From: Candidatus Eiseniibacteriota bacterium | Lineage (GTDB): Bacteria > Arandabacterota > Arandabacteria > Arandabacterales > Arandabacteraceae | Assembly: GCA_043810925.1 (NCBI GenBank) | Contig: JBDRNT010000170.1 | Location: forward strand, 1 to 50,684 | Direction of reading: 5' to 3' | DNA length: 50,684 nucleotides | Shown: piece after piece, positions 20,405 through 29,611 of the stretch | How the letters are laid out: the number at the start of each line of letters is the position of its first letter | How positions within the stretch are numbered: the first letter of the stretch is position 1 | Notes under the pieces: generated by a model | Told to the model about the DNA's origin: nothing | Databases searched by the model: none | The model's input: the letters and a program-made list of their open reading frames with translations, nothing else | Made by a program: the position numbers and the translations under genes

Positions 20405-21481
20405 ATGGCTGATTACCAGATCAAAGAAAAGGATCTCGTTATCCACATACTGAATGTGGGCTTCGGTGACAACATCGTCGTCCAGTTTCCGAGAAGCAAT
20501 GGCCGGCGCGCATTCGCAGTGGTGGACTGCTACAAAGCAGACAAGACGATCAAGTACCTTGACAAGCTCAACGCGGCTACGGACGCAGAGTGCTATATTG
20601 ACTTCATTGCGGCCACACATCCACACAAGGACCATATCCTGGGGATCAGAAAATTGCTCGAACACGCAACATGGAAGCCTGGAGAGTTCTGGGACAGCGG
20701 TTTCAGGCATAACACAACCAAGTACCGGGACATACTCACGACGCTGCGGGACGAGTCGATCCCGATGATCCGGGTCTCATCCGGTTTTGAAACGTACCAC
20801 GGCAGGGTGCGTGTGACGGTGCTGGGGCCGTCGGTGATGCTACGGAACCGGTACAACACATACGGGATTGACATGAACAACGCCTCGATCGTCCTCCGGC
20901 TGGAGCATCATGCGGACTGCGCGATGACGATGGAATCGAAGAAGTACGAGGGCACGCTGAACACCGAATTGCTGCGTGACGCAGGCTCATCGGTTGCGAT
21001 ACTTGCCGGGGACGCAGAGTTTGACAGTTGGGCGCGGGTCACCCAGGAGTTCCCCAAACTCGAGAAGCCCGACGAGCACGATCCTCTTGTCAACAAGATG
21101 ACCAATTATATGTCCTGCAGCGTGCTCAAAGTGGCTCATCACGGCAGCATGCACAGCTCGCCGCTTGACGTGTATGAGAAAATGCACCCGAACCTGGCGG
21201 TCATCTCCACGAAACAGAAGCAGAGCACGGCTGCCGGAATAACACGGAACATGTTCCCGCACGATTCTGCTGTGATTGCCCTTAAGGAAGCCGGATCACG
21301 AGTCTTGACGACAGACGGCAGTTTCTATTTCGAATCCGGCGGCGGCTCCACGCCTGATGCCGCGCTGAGCGGTGAAGGGAGCATTGTGATTGCGATTCCA
21401 CCGGGCGGTAAGCCGAGATGGACCAAACTCGACGACAGCGCGAAGGCTACTCCCGACCCGCCGTCAATCTTGGAATATTGA
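20405..21481 (+). CDS. Stand-alone ComEC/Rec2-like metallo-beta-lactamase-fold hydrolase
   Basis: LNVGFGD, THPHKDH, NNASIVLRL, LAGDAE, LKVAHHGS, AVIS; no TM or signal peptide. Confidence 0.88.
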   Translation: MADYQIKEKDLVIHILNVGFGDNIVVQFPRSNGRRAFAVVDCYKADKTIKYLDKLNAATDAECYIDFIAATHPHKDHILGIRKLLEHATWKPGEFWDSGFRHNTTKYRDILTTLRDESIPMIRVSSGFETYHGRVRVTVLGPSVMLRNRYNTYGIDMNNASIVLRLEHHADCAMTMESKKYEGTLNTELLRDAGSSVAILAGDAEFDSWARVTQEFPKLEKPDEHDPLVNKMTNYMSCSVLKVAHHGSMHSSPLDVYEKMHPNLAVISTKQKQSTAAGITRNMFPHDSAVIALKEAGSRVLTTDGSFYFESGGGSTPDAALSGEGSIVIAIPPGGKPRWTKLDDSAKATPDPPSILEY

Positions 21482-21513
21482 CGGGGTGAAGAACCGATAC
21501 GCGGCGTGAAACG

Positions 21514-22509
21514 CTAACGGTACAGAGTGCCGGATTCCTTGCGGACCCTGAGGTGTTTTATCATATCCTCGGTCATCGAGGACAGGTCCCACGTGGGTTT
21601 CCATCCCCACTCCTCACGTGCTGCGGAGTCATTGATCGAGTTGGGCCACGAATCGGCGATTTCCTGGCGGTAGTCGGGTTCGTAGGCGACCTCGAAATCG
21701 GGGATGTGCTTCTTGATCTCAGCCGCGAGCTCGGTCACACTGAAACTCATCGATGCATGGTTGAAATCGCTGTGCCGTTTGAGTTTCGAGAAGTCGGCTT
21801 GTGCAAGCTGGATCGTGCCCTCGATACAGTCGGGCATATACATCATCGGTAGCCTCGTATCTTCCCGAACGAAGCAGGTGTACTTGCCCTTGTCAACGGC
21901 TCCGTAGTATATGGCGACGGCATAGTCGGTTGTGCCGCCGCCGGGGAGTGTTTCGTAGGAGATGATACCCGGATACCGGAGACCGCGGATATCCAGTCCG
22001 AACTTCTTGACATAGTAGTCGCACAGGAGCTCCGCACACACCTTGGTCACACCGTACATCGTGGTGGGTCTTAATACGGTCTCCTGCGGCGTGTTCTCAA
22101 GCGGTATCCCCGGGCCCCACACTGCTATTGAGCTCGGGACGATGACACGTGCCATCTCGTACTTGAGACCCATCTCGAGGATGTTGATGGTGCCGTTCAT
22201 GTTGACGTCCCAGCAAAGCTGGGGATTCTTCTCTCCCACGGCGGAGAGGATGGCGGCCATGTGATAGATGGTGTCGATATTGTACTTCGTTACAATCTCC
22301 TCAATGGTTTCGATTCTGGTACAGTCTATGAAGTGGAAGGGACCGGAGTTCTTGAGCTCCTCTGAAGGTTCGGTCTTGCGCCCGGTTGCAATCACATTGT
22401 CGGCGCCGTATCTGCGGCGAAGTTCCATCGTGAGTTCAGAACCTATCTGTCCGACTGAGCCGGTCACGAGTATCTTCTTCATTTCCTTCGTCAAGACTGG
22501 TTTCCTCAT
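21514..22509 (-). CDS. tdh: SDR-type L-threonine 3-dehydrogenase
   Basis: TGSVGQIG, YGVTK, PGGGTTDYAV, LPMMYMPD, RQEIADSWP. Confidence 0.9.
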   Translation of the reverse strand: MRKPVLTKEMKKILVTGSVGQIGSELTMELRRRYGADNVIATGRKTEPSEELKNSGPFHFIDCTRIETIEEIVTKYNIDTIYHMAAILSAVGEKNPQLCWDVNMNGTINILEMGLKYEMARVIVPSSIAVWGPGIPLENTPQETVLRPTTMYGVTKVCAELLCDYYVKKFGLDIRGLRYPGIISYETLPGGGTTDYAVAIYYGAVDKGKYTCFVREDTRLPMMYMPDCIEGTIQLAQADFSKLKRHSDFNHASMSFSVTELAAEIKKHIPDFEVAYEPDYRQEIADSWPNSINDSAAREEWGWKPTWDLSSMTEDMIKHLRVRKESGTLYR

Positions 22510-22536
22510 CTTACCTTGGTCGCGGAGGTCTTCCGG

Positions 22537-23940
22537 TTATACCTCGACACGGTCTCTTGCATCACCAGGCGGCATTGGGAATATCTTCTTCTTCCCGGAC
22601 AGTATCATCGAAGCCCAGTGTTTTGAAACGCGGGGGAACACTCTCCAGATGTACGACATGTTCTCAACTGCTTTGCCCGGCCGGCCGTAGAATGACCAGT
22701 AGGCTTCTATCTGGATCTTCCTCAGTTCGTCTGGACTGACATCGTCGAGTTCTATCGTAGGATGAAGCCCCGAGTACAACCCCCAGTCCTTGTGAAGGAG
22801 CCGGTCCTTGACGTTCTCATAGAGCCTCGTACCGGGGTACGGTGTCAGGAGCGAGAACTGGGCCCGGCGCGGGTCGAGACGTTTTGCGAAATCGATGGTC
22901 TCCCGCATCATAGCCTTGGTTTCGCCCGGAGCCCCAAGGATGAACGCCCCGGTGACTTCGATCTTGTTCTCCTCAAGAATCTCCATCGCTTTCAAGGCAT
23001 CACTCAGAGTGGCCTGCTTGCCGTACCCGTCCAGGGCTTCCTGGGTGCCGCTCTCAAAACCGATAAAGGTCCAACTGAATCCGGCCCTGGCCATGGTGCG
23101 AACCATATCGGGGTGCTTGACGATGGTATCGACACGTGTCATTGCAGCCCATACCACATCCCAGCCCCTGGCGATTATCTGCTCGGAGAGCTCGATCGCA
23201 CGGCCGGGCTTCAGAGTGAAATTGTCGTCAACGAATGAGACGGCCGTGTACCCATACTCCTTGTGCACGAGTTCCACTTCCTCAAGAATGTTCCCGGCCG
23301 ACCTCGCTCTCCAGGCGATCCCTGAGAACTGGGATGCCGAGCAGAATTCGCAGTCGAAGGGACAACCCCTTGATGTAACAAGTGTGGTCATGGCGCGACC
23401 GTTCATCTTCTCGCGATAGGCGCTCAGCGGTAAGAGATTTCTTGCAGGGAAGGGGAGGGAGTCGAGGTCGCGGATGAACTCGATATCGGGTGTGCGCCGG
23501 ACCTTGCCGTCGGCAAGGTAGGAAACCCCACGGACCTCGTCGAACGGAATCTCCTTCGACAGGAATCTCACCAACGAGAGCATGGAGTATTCACCCTCGT
23601 TACGAACGACATAGTCCACGGCTCCGCTTTGAAGCGCCTCTTCGTCCATGAAACTGGCGTGGGGACCTCCCATGACCACTGTAGCCCCCTGGCTCTTGGC
23701 ACGCGCCGCGATCTGAAGAGCTGTTAGAGCCCTGGTGGTGTCGGATGAGATGCCAACAAGGTCGAAGTCGGAGTAGGCATAGCGGCTCCAGTTTTCCGTC
23801 TCAACACCGAAGTCGACTATCCTTACGTTATGGTGTTCTTTGAGCACCGACGCGACATACGCCAGGCCAAGTGGAGGACGGCTTATGCCCAAAATACCGT
23901 ATGAGAAACCCGCGGCCGGGTTGACCAACAAGATATCCAT
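22537..23940 (-). CDS. B12-binding radical SAM protein
   Basis: PPLGLAYVAS, GGPHAS, TSRGCPFDCEFC, FVDDNF, GFESG, TPYPGT; AAAGGA RBS before ATG 23940. Confidence 0.93.
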   Translation of the reverse strand: MDILLVNPAAGFSYGILGISRPPLGLAYVASVLKEHHNVRIVDFGVETENWSRYAYSDFDLVGISSDTTRALTALQIAARAKSQGATVVMGGPHASFMDEEALQSGAVDYVVRNEGEYSMLSLVRFLSKEIPFDEVRGVSYLADGKVRRTPDIEFIRDLDSLPFPARNLLPLSAYREKMNGRAMTTLVTSRGCPFDCEFCSASQFSGIAWRARSAGNILEEVELVHKEYGYTAVSFVDDNFTLKPGRAIELSEQIIARGWDVVWAAMTRVDTIVKHPDMVRTMARAGFSWTFIGFESGTQEALDGYGKQATLSDALKAMEILEENKIEVTGAFILGAPGETKAMMRETIDFAKRLDPRRAQFSLLTPYPGTRLYENVKDRLLHKDWGLYSGLHPTIELDDVSPDELRKIQIEAYWSFYGRPGKAVENMSYIWRVFPRVSKHWASMILSGKKKIFPMPPGDARDRVEV

Positions 23941-24036
23941 TAAATCATATCCTTTGTGTGTGATTAAGCACTGTTCGTAAAAGGTAGCAGGAAACGCAAT
24001 ACCAGTCAAACGCATTTATCATGTGGCGGCCCTGGG

Positions 24037-26409
24037 TCACTCTGCAACCGGCAAGAACACGGACCCTGAGACGGGATCCAGCGTGACCCTGAACAAAGGA
24101 TCGGGGCCACCGGCTGTTGCAGGAATGGACTTGTACGCAAGCGCATCCTCAACACGAAGAACACCTGGCTCAAGCGGTACTTCCACCGTGACCTCGTCCG
24201 GGCCTGCATTCATAACGACGATCGCATCTCCGCCGGGTCCGGTCCGCCTGAAGGCATAGACCGGTCCTTCAGCAATGATCTTCTCGAAGCCGCCCCGGGT
24301 GAAGCAGGGATGCTGTCTTCTGAGGGTGGCAAGTCTGCTGACATGGTCATGCACCTCAAGGCGCCGGGTTTCGTCCGGCCACTTCCAGTGGAAAGGCCTG
24401 CGGCAGACCGGGTCACCGGCTCCCGCCATCGCGATCTCATCACCATAGTAGATTGTCGGTGCTCCCACATACGTCATGGCAAAGAGCATGGCCAGCTTCA
24501 GCCTGCGGATGTCGCCGTCGGCTTCGGTAAGGAAACGCTGGGTGTCATGACTGCCCAGAAGGTTCATCATCGCTCTCACGCCCGGCTCGAGATAGATGAG
24601 CCGGCCTGGGGCCAACGCCGTATCGAACTCCTCCGCACTGATACTGCCCTTCGCAATGAAAGCGAGCACCGGGCTGCGGAAGAACTCGTAATTCATTACG
24701 GCATCGAAGTACCGGCCGTTTACCCATTCGGGTGATGAGCCCCAGAGCTCCCCGACGATGTAGGCATCGGGTTTGGTGTCTTTGACCCGCTTGCGGAAGA
24801 GTTCCCAGAACCATAGGGGTACTTCGTTTGCAACATCAAGGCGGTAGCCATCAACGTCCATTTCCGAAAGCCAGAACTCGGTCACCTTAAGGAGATGGTC
24901 AACCAGCGGCCAGTTGGGTTCGGCGTCATCAATCTCGGTGACCGTGTGCTCTTCCGGACCGGGTTTCGAAAGGTCGAAGTTCAAGTTGGGCATCTGTCCG
25001 AAGCCCCACCAGCAGTCGTAGTACTCAAGAGCATCCCCGGGTGTCGAAACGTTGCTGCCGGGTAACGGCCATTTCTTCCACTCGTACCAGTCCCAGTAGG
25101 CTGATTCGGAACCCTTCTGGCGCGCATCGAGGAAGGCCCAGTAGGTGTGCCCCGTGTGGTTAAAAGCAAGATCCAGGATGATGCGGATACCGCGGCCGTG
25201 GCATTCAGTCACGAAGCCGGCGAACTCATCGTTGGTGGCGAAGTGCGGATCGATCTTCATGAATGTTGCGGCATCGTACTTGTGGTTACTCTTTGCCTCG
25301 AAGACCGGGTTAAAGTAGATCGCGGTAACACCAAGGTCTTCGAGATAATCAAGATTCTTCCGTATACCTTCAATGTCCCCGCCGTAGAATGAGTTCCAGT
25401 CGGGCTTGCCGTCCGTTTTGTAGGGGCTCCGCGTGAGTCCGGCTGTGTCGTACCAGTCGTCGATCATGTGGAAATACTCGCCGTTTGTCTTACCCGATGC
25501 CGGCAGCTCGGCAAGGCCTTCGTAGTACCACTCGGAGAAATCGGGATCGTTGCCGGGGCTCCCGTTTGCGAATCGCTCAGGGAAGATCTGGTAGATAACC
25601 GCGTCCCTGACCCAGTCGGGGGTCGCAAATGCTGTGACCGTGCTTGAGTCAAAACGAAAGAGCCTGAGGTCAGCGGGTCCGGCGATTCGTGCTCCCAGCC
25701 TGTCAAGGACAACTTCGGTACCTCCATCCACGATTTCGAAGTAGTAAACAAGGTCAGTTGCCGGCAGCGTGGCCTCGTAGTAGTCATACTTACCGTCTGA
25801 ATCAAAGCGCTCGAGGGTATCGGATCTCTCCCGGGACCAGAACAAATCATCTTCCGGCAGGTCGCACGTATTCAGCCAGTGGATGATCACGTGCTCGATG
25901 TCTCCCATCCATGCCCGAACCCGCAGGGTCACCGTACTATCGGCATTGAGGGAACGCTCCCAGGCATTATCTCTGTGGTCGAGTCCGTCCAGCATCATCC
26001 GGCCGTCCCCGCGGACCAGAACGATCGCCTCAAAAGAGTCATCAACATCTATGACGGAGTTCCTTCCACCGTAACCGTCGGGTTGGAAGCGCGCCGCCCT
26101 CTCATCCGTGATCCAGTTGCCGTCGGCCACGAACTTGTACGGGTACTCGCCTTCCGGCAGCAGGAGCATGACTTCGAAGCGGCGATCGATCCGTCTCATG
26201 GGGGTGGCATCCGTGCTCCAGCCGTTAAATGTGCCCGCAAGGAAGACCTCGTCGTAGTAGCTCAAGGGTGAAAAGGTGAAGATCACTTCTTTAAGCGACG
26301 ATCCGGTACTGTCGGCCTCATCCCCGGCGAGCGCGATGGCCGATCCCGCTATAAGAACAAAGAGCACAGCAATCAGAAGCCCTACCGCTCGAGACTGTTG
26401 GTCTGACAC
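24037..26409 (-). CDS. Exported GH13 neopullulanase/cyclomaltodextrinase-like glycosidase with N-terminal CBM48/AMPK-type module
   Basis: Signal peptide; LAGTFNGW...YKFVADGNW; YQIFPERFANG, SNHKYD, GYRLDVANE, VGELW, GSHD catalytic triad. Confidence 0.92.
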   Translation of the reverse strand: MSDQQSRAVGLLIAVLFVLIAGSAIALAGDEADSTGSSLKEVIFTFSPLSYYDEVFLAGTFNGWSTDATPMRRIDRRFEVMLLLPEGEYPYKFVADGNWITDERAARFQPDGYGGRNSVIDVDDSFEAIVLVRGDGRMMLDGLDHRDNAWERSLNADSTVTLRVRAWMGDIEHVIIHWLNTCDLPEDDLFWSRERSDTLERFDSDGKYDYYEATLPATDLVYYFEIVDGGTEVVLDRLGARIAGPADLRLFRFDSSTVTAFATPDWVRDAVIYQIFPERFANGSPGNDPDFSEWYYEGLAELPASGKTNGEYFHMIDDWYDTAGLTRSPYKTDGKPDWNSFYGGDIEGIRKNLDYLEDLGVTAIYFNPVFEAKSNHKYDAATFMKIDPHFATNDEFAGFVTECHGRGIRIILDLAFNHTGHTYWAFLDARQKGSESAYWDWYEWKKWPLPGSNVSTPGDALEYYDCWWGFGQMPNLNFDLSKPGPEEHTVTEIDDAEPNWPLVDHLLKVTEFWLSEMDVDGYRLDVANEVPLWFWELFRKRVKDTKPDAYIVGELWGSSPEWVNGRYFDAVMNYEFFRSPVLAFIAKGSISAEEFDTALAPGRLIYLEPGVRAMMNLLGSHDTQRFLTEADGDIRRLKLAMLFAMTYVGAPTIYYGDEIAMAGAGDPVCRRPFHWKWPDETRRLEVHDHVSRLATLRRQHPCFTRGGFEKIIAEGPVYAFRRTGPGGDAIVVMNAGPDEVTVEVPLEPGVLRVEDALAYKSIPATAGGPDPLFRVTLDPVSGSVFLPVAE

Positions 26410-26618
26410 AATGAATACCTCCCGAAAGTCGGTACGTTATCTTTCTAAGAGTGATATCAGGCGATACTACTCCGGTCAATCGCAAAAGCCGCAGAATGCA
26501 CAGTCGGGGGGTTGCAAATCGGTGGACATTATCGCTGTGTGGGCGGAGCGTGTGGAACGGGAATCGGCATTTGACTATGAATGAATGAAATAGGTTGGGT
26601 GGAGAAAGCGCGTATTAT

Positions 26619-26634
26619 GGGCACGGATGTTGCA
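26619..26634 (+). promoter_or_regulatory. sigma54 (-24/-12) promoter of the pilin gene
   Basis: GGCAC-GGATG-TTGCA, i.e. GG-N10-GC, about 56 nt upstream of the ATG. Confidence 0.75.
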
Positions 26635-26690
26635 ATAGGTAGAGGCCAGTTTGCTCCGGTTTTTGAAAACCGGAGCCGGGAGGTCAGCCC

Positions 26691-27113
26691 ATGATTTGCG
26701 GCAGGAAGGGTTTTACCCTGATCGAGTTGATGATTGCCGTCGTCATTATCGGTATCCTGGCGGCGATTGCGATCCCCAACTTCATCGCCCTGCAGAACAG
26801 GGCGCGAGAAGCGAATGTGAAGTCCAACATGCACAGCCTGCAACTCGTGTTTGAGCAGTTCTCGATCGACAACAACGCCATCTATCCTGAGGATGCAACC
26901 TCGACAACGCTTGTGGGGGATACCATTCAGGACCTGTGTGGTGGAGCGTATCCTGAGAATCCCTTCACAGGGGCGCCGACCGTGGTGTCCTGGGACGCAG
27001 ACCCGGCAGCCGCCGGGGTGGTTGGTGTCAACCCGGCGAGTGTCACGGGTTATGTCATCAAGGGTTATGGCGAGTCGGTAGCGCTCACTCTGGAGCTCTC
27101 GACGGGCGGTTAA
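26691..27113 (+). CDS. pilA: Type IV major pilin-like prepilin
   Basis: GGAGG RBS; RKG|FTLIELMIAVVIIGILAAIAIPNF class III signal with E5. Confidence 0.9.
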   Translation: MICGRKGFTLIELMIAVVIIGILAAIAIPNFIALQNRAREANVKSNMHSLQLVFEQFSIDNNAIYPEDATSTTLVGDTIQDLCGGAYPENPFTGAPTVVSWDADPAAAGVVGVNPASVTGYVIKGYGESVALTLELSTGG

Positions 27114-27777
27114 GCGCAGGGACGGCGACATAGTCTTCGCCTGAGAAGCTCTGGCTGAGGTTCTTGTATGTCCGCCGGACCGGTTCGAAGCGATAGAACG
27201 CCCTGGTGGGGGCGACGACGTACGTGAGATCAGGAATCAGATCATCGATGAAGTAGTAGCCACTTGCGTCGGTGAGCACGGTCTTGTTCCATAGATCGTG
27301 TTCGTCCCGGACCGCCAGTGCCACTCCTCCCACAGGTTCACCTCCGGCCTCAAGAACATGTCCGTCGATCCTGTATGTCACGCCGCAATATCCTGTGAAG
27401 TCCACTCCTGAGAGTGATCCGCCCAAATCGGAGTAGGTCGTGAGTGGTGGTCTGAAGACACAGGAGTCCTTACCCGGGATTATGGTCACGCGGCGGGTCG
27501 ATACCTGAAAGCTCAGATCGTATCGGCCACGCGAATCGGTCATGGTCGAGCAGATACCGGTAGATACACCCGCCTCGTCGAAACTCATGTATGCCTTGAT
27601 CTTAACGTCACCGATGGGGCTGGCTGTCTCGCTTCGGACTTGACCTTCGATCCCATAGGTGTTGCTGTCGGAAGGGTGGTCCGCGTCGGTAATACACCCG
27701 CCCGGGAACACAAGAGCAATGAGGGCGGCAAGCATGGTGACCCATCCAAGCCTGCCCATTATGCGGCCTCCTCTCAC
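27085..27777 (-). CDS. Lipoprotein with two carboxypeptidase-regulatory-like beta-sandwich repeats
   Basis: FPGGC lipobox-like; repeated I(E/D)G.V...P(I/V)G.V...TD.SG/RG.Y...F.P units. Confidence 0.75.
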   Translation of the reverse strand: MRGGRIMGRLGWVTMLAALIALVFPGGCITDADHPSDSNTYGIEGQVRSETASPIGDVKIKAYMSFDEAGVSTGICSTMTDSRGRYDLSFQVSTRRVTIIPGKDSCVFRPPLTTYSDLGGSLSGVDFTGYCGVTYRIDGHVLEAGGEPVGGVALAVRDEHDLWNKTVLTDASGYYFIDDLIPDLTYVVAPTRAFYRFEPVRRTYKNLSQSFSGEDYVAVPALNRPSRAPE

Positions 27778-27837
27778 CGGCTCATGTCACCTCCAGGTCG
27801 ATCCCGGCACCTGCTTTTCGGGCACGGAGACCCGACG

Positions 27838-29517
27838 CTACGGTTTGAGGGCATAGAGAGAATTAGTGACATCGCAGGTGACGTAGATCGTGCCCGAAGG
27901 CCCGACCGCAACCCCGTTGAATACCCAGGTGGGATGATCGCCCTGAAGACAGATATCGAGGCCATCCGCCATCGTGGTTTTCCCTCCTGTCGCCGGATCA
28001 ATGCGGGTCAGCCGCCGGGCTTCCCCTTCAATGACAAGAAGACTCCCATCCAGATCGACGGCAAGACCCTCCGGGTACGTGAGCCCTTTCGCCACTGGAA
28101 TCGGCCTGTCAAGCTGCCGGCCGTCAGCAACGATCTTGAGCACCATGCCCGTTGCACAGTCGCTTACCCATAGATCATCATCGGTTGCCGCGAGACCCAC
28201 GGGAACTCCCAGACCCCGGGCAATCGGTTTGCGCTTTGCAGGATCATGGGAGTCTACTCTGATCACGCTTCTTGATTCAAGATCGGCCACAACGATATCA
28301 CCTTGAAACCTGATCGCGTTCAGCGGAGATTCGAAACCGCCGATTTCTTGAAGGACCTCGCGTGTCTCGGGATCGAAGACCTGTACGGTACCCTTCATCA
28401 GCCATGATGATACGATCAGGTTGGTACCATCACCGGAAACAGTGAACGGTGCCGTTATGCATCCGTCCATACCAAGAAGATGTCTCTCAACGCTCAGCTC
28501 GTCGCCTGTCGATGGGTCGAACTCGCGTAATGTCCATACATCGGCTACGAACACGGTTTCGCCGTCCGGGCCGGGAAGCACCGCTACGCCCCCGGGTGCT
28601 ATCATGCCGCCCGCGCACACGGTGCGCAACGCCCCATCCGGGAGGACTTCGTGAATCGAACCGTCATGAGCACTCGAGACAAAGAGCCGGCCCCGCGAGT
28701 CAAGTGCGAGGTTGTCCAGTCCCGGCTGGAGCTGGGCGATCTCGGCTTTGTAGCCCGTCCCGGGGTCGATCCAGGACACCTTGCCTGTGGCGTGATCTGC
28801 GACGTAAAGCCGTCCCTCGGCATCACACTTGACCGCCACCGGGGCCGTGAATCCACCGGCGACACTCGCAGTTTCACCGGTATCGACATTGATACGCATG
28901 ATTTCGCCCGTCTTGATGATCGGGCCGTAGAGGAACCCGTCGGGCCCCCAGCCCATGGCATTAAGGAACCCGAGATTCTCAGCTATGAGCCTGGGCGGAT
29001 CGATAAGCTCCGGGTCGAGCTCATACAGTGCATCACCAATGAAGTCGAGAGCGACGAACAGGCGCCGGCCGTCATGGGAAAACGTGATCGCGTTTGCGCC
29101 GGGCGCTACGGTCTGAGCATGCCTCGTGCCGTCGGGTGCAAGCCTCACAACCTCGCCTGAGGAAAATGCAGTCCAGTAAAGCGAGCCGTCGGGTCCGAAG
29201 GCGACGTCGTCGGGACTCAGCACTTCCTGGTTCGCACCCATGGTGCTCAGGAGACTGCCGGTTTCGGGATCGATGACCAGTATCTCATCGCCCAGGACGC
29301 AGGCGACGTGCAACTGGTCGGATTCATCGAACAGTATGCCGTTCGCCCCATGGACCGCTGATCCACCGGCAATGAGAGTCGGCGTGATCTGACGTTGATC
29401 CCGCGGCAGACTGTCCGGACGGGGGGGCGACCCACAGCCGGAAACGGCCAGTCCCAGAAGGAGTAACGGCAACAGGCCTGCGCCACATGTACTGGATCTT
29501 TGTCGTAGCATCATCAT
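27838..29517 (-). CDS. Lipoprotein with tandem SMP-30/NHL-like beta-propellers
   Basis: LAVSGC lipobox; repeated PDDVAFGPDGSLY, LDNLALDSRGRLF, PEGLAVDLDGSLL blades. Confidence 0.85.
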   Translation of the reverse strand: MMMLRQRSSTCGAGLLPLLLLGLAVSGCGSPPRPDSLPRDQRQITPTLIAGGSAVHGANGILFDESDQLHVACVLGDEILVIDPETGSLLSTMGANQEVLSPDDVAFGPDGSLYWTAFSSGEVVRLAPDGTRHAQTVAPGANAITFSHDGRRLFVALDFIGDALYELDPELIDPPRLIAENLGFLNAMGWGPDGFLYGPIIKTGEIMRINVDTGETASVAGGFTAPVAVKCDAEGRLYVADHATGKVSWIDPGTGYKAEIAQLQPGLDNLALDSRGRLFVSSAHDGSIHEVLPDGALRTVCAGGMIAPGGVAVLPGPDGETVFVADVWTLREFDPSTGDELSVERHLLGMDGCITAPFTVSGDGTNLIVSSWLMKGTVQVFDPETREVLQEIGGFESPLNAIRFQGDIVVADLESRSVIRVDSHDPAKRKPIARGLGVPVGLAATDDDLWVSDCATGMVLKIVADGRQLDRPIPVAKGLTYPEGLAVDLDGSLLVIEGEARRLTRIDPATGGKTTMADGLDICLQGDHPTWVFNGVAVGPSGTIYVTCDVTNSLYALKP

Positions 29518-29611
29518 AAGCCTATCACATCATAGCACGGGGGGATCACACGTTTCCATCGAAATTCGGGCGACCCGGTGGTTCTGTCAGCGAATCCTTG
29601 ACCCTAAAGGC

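Noticed and set aside
20405-21481. Competence protein ComEC or true beta-lactamase
   Set aside because: No membrane competence domain and no signal peptide; only the MBL fold is supported
26691-27113. Geobacter-type conductive e-pilin
   Set aside because: Mature positions 27 and 32 are Leu and Arg rather than aromatic, and the pilin is long with modest aromatic content
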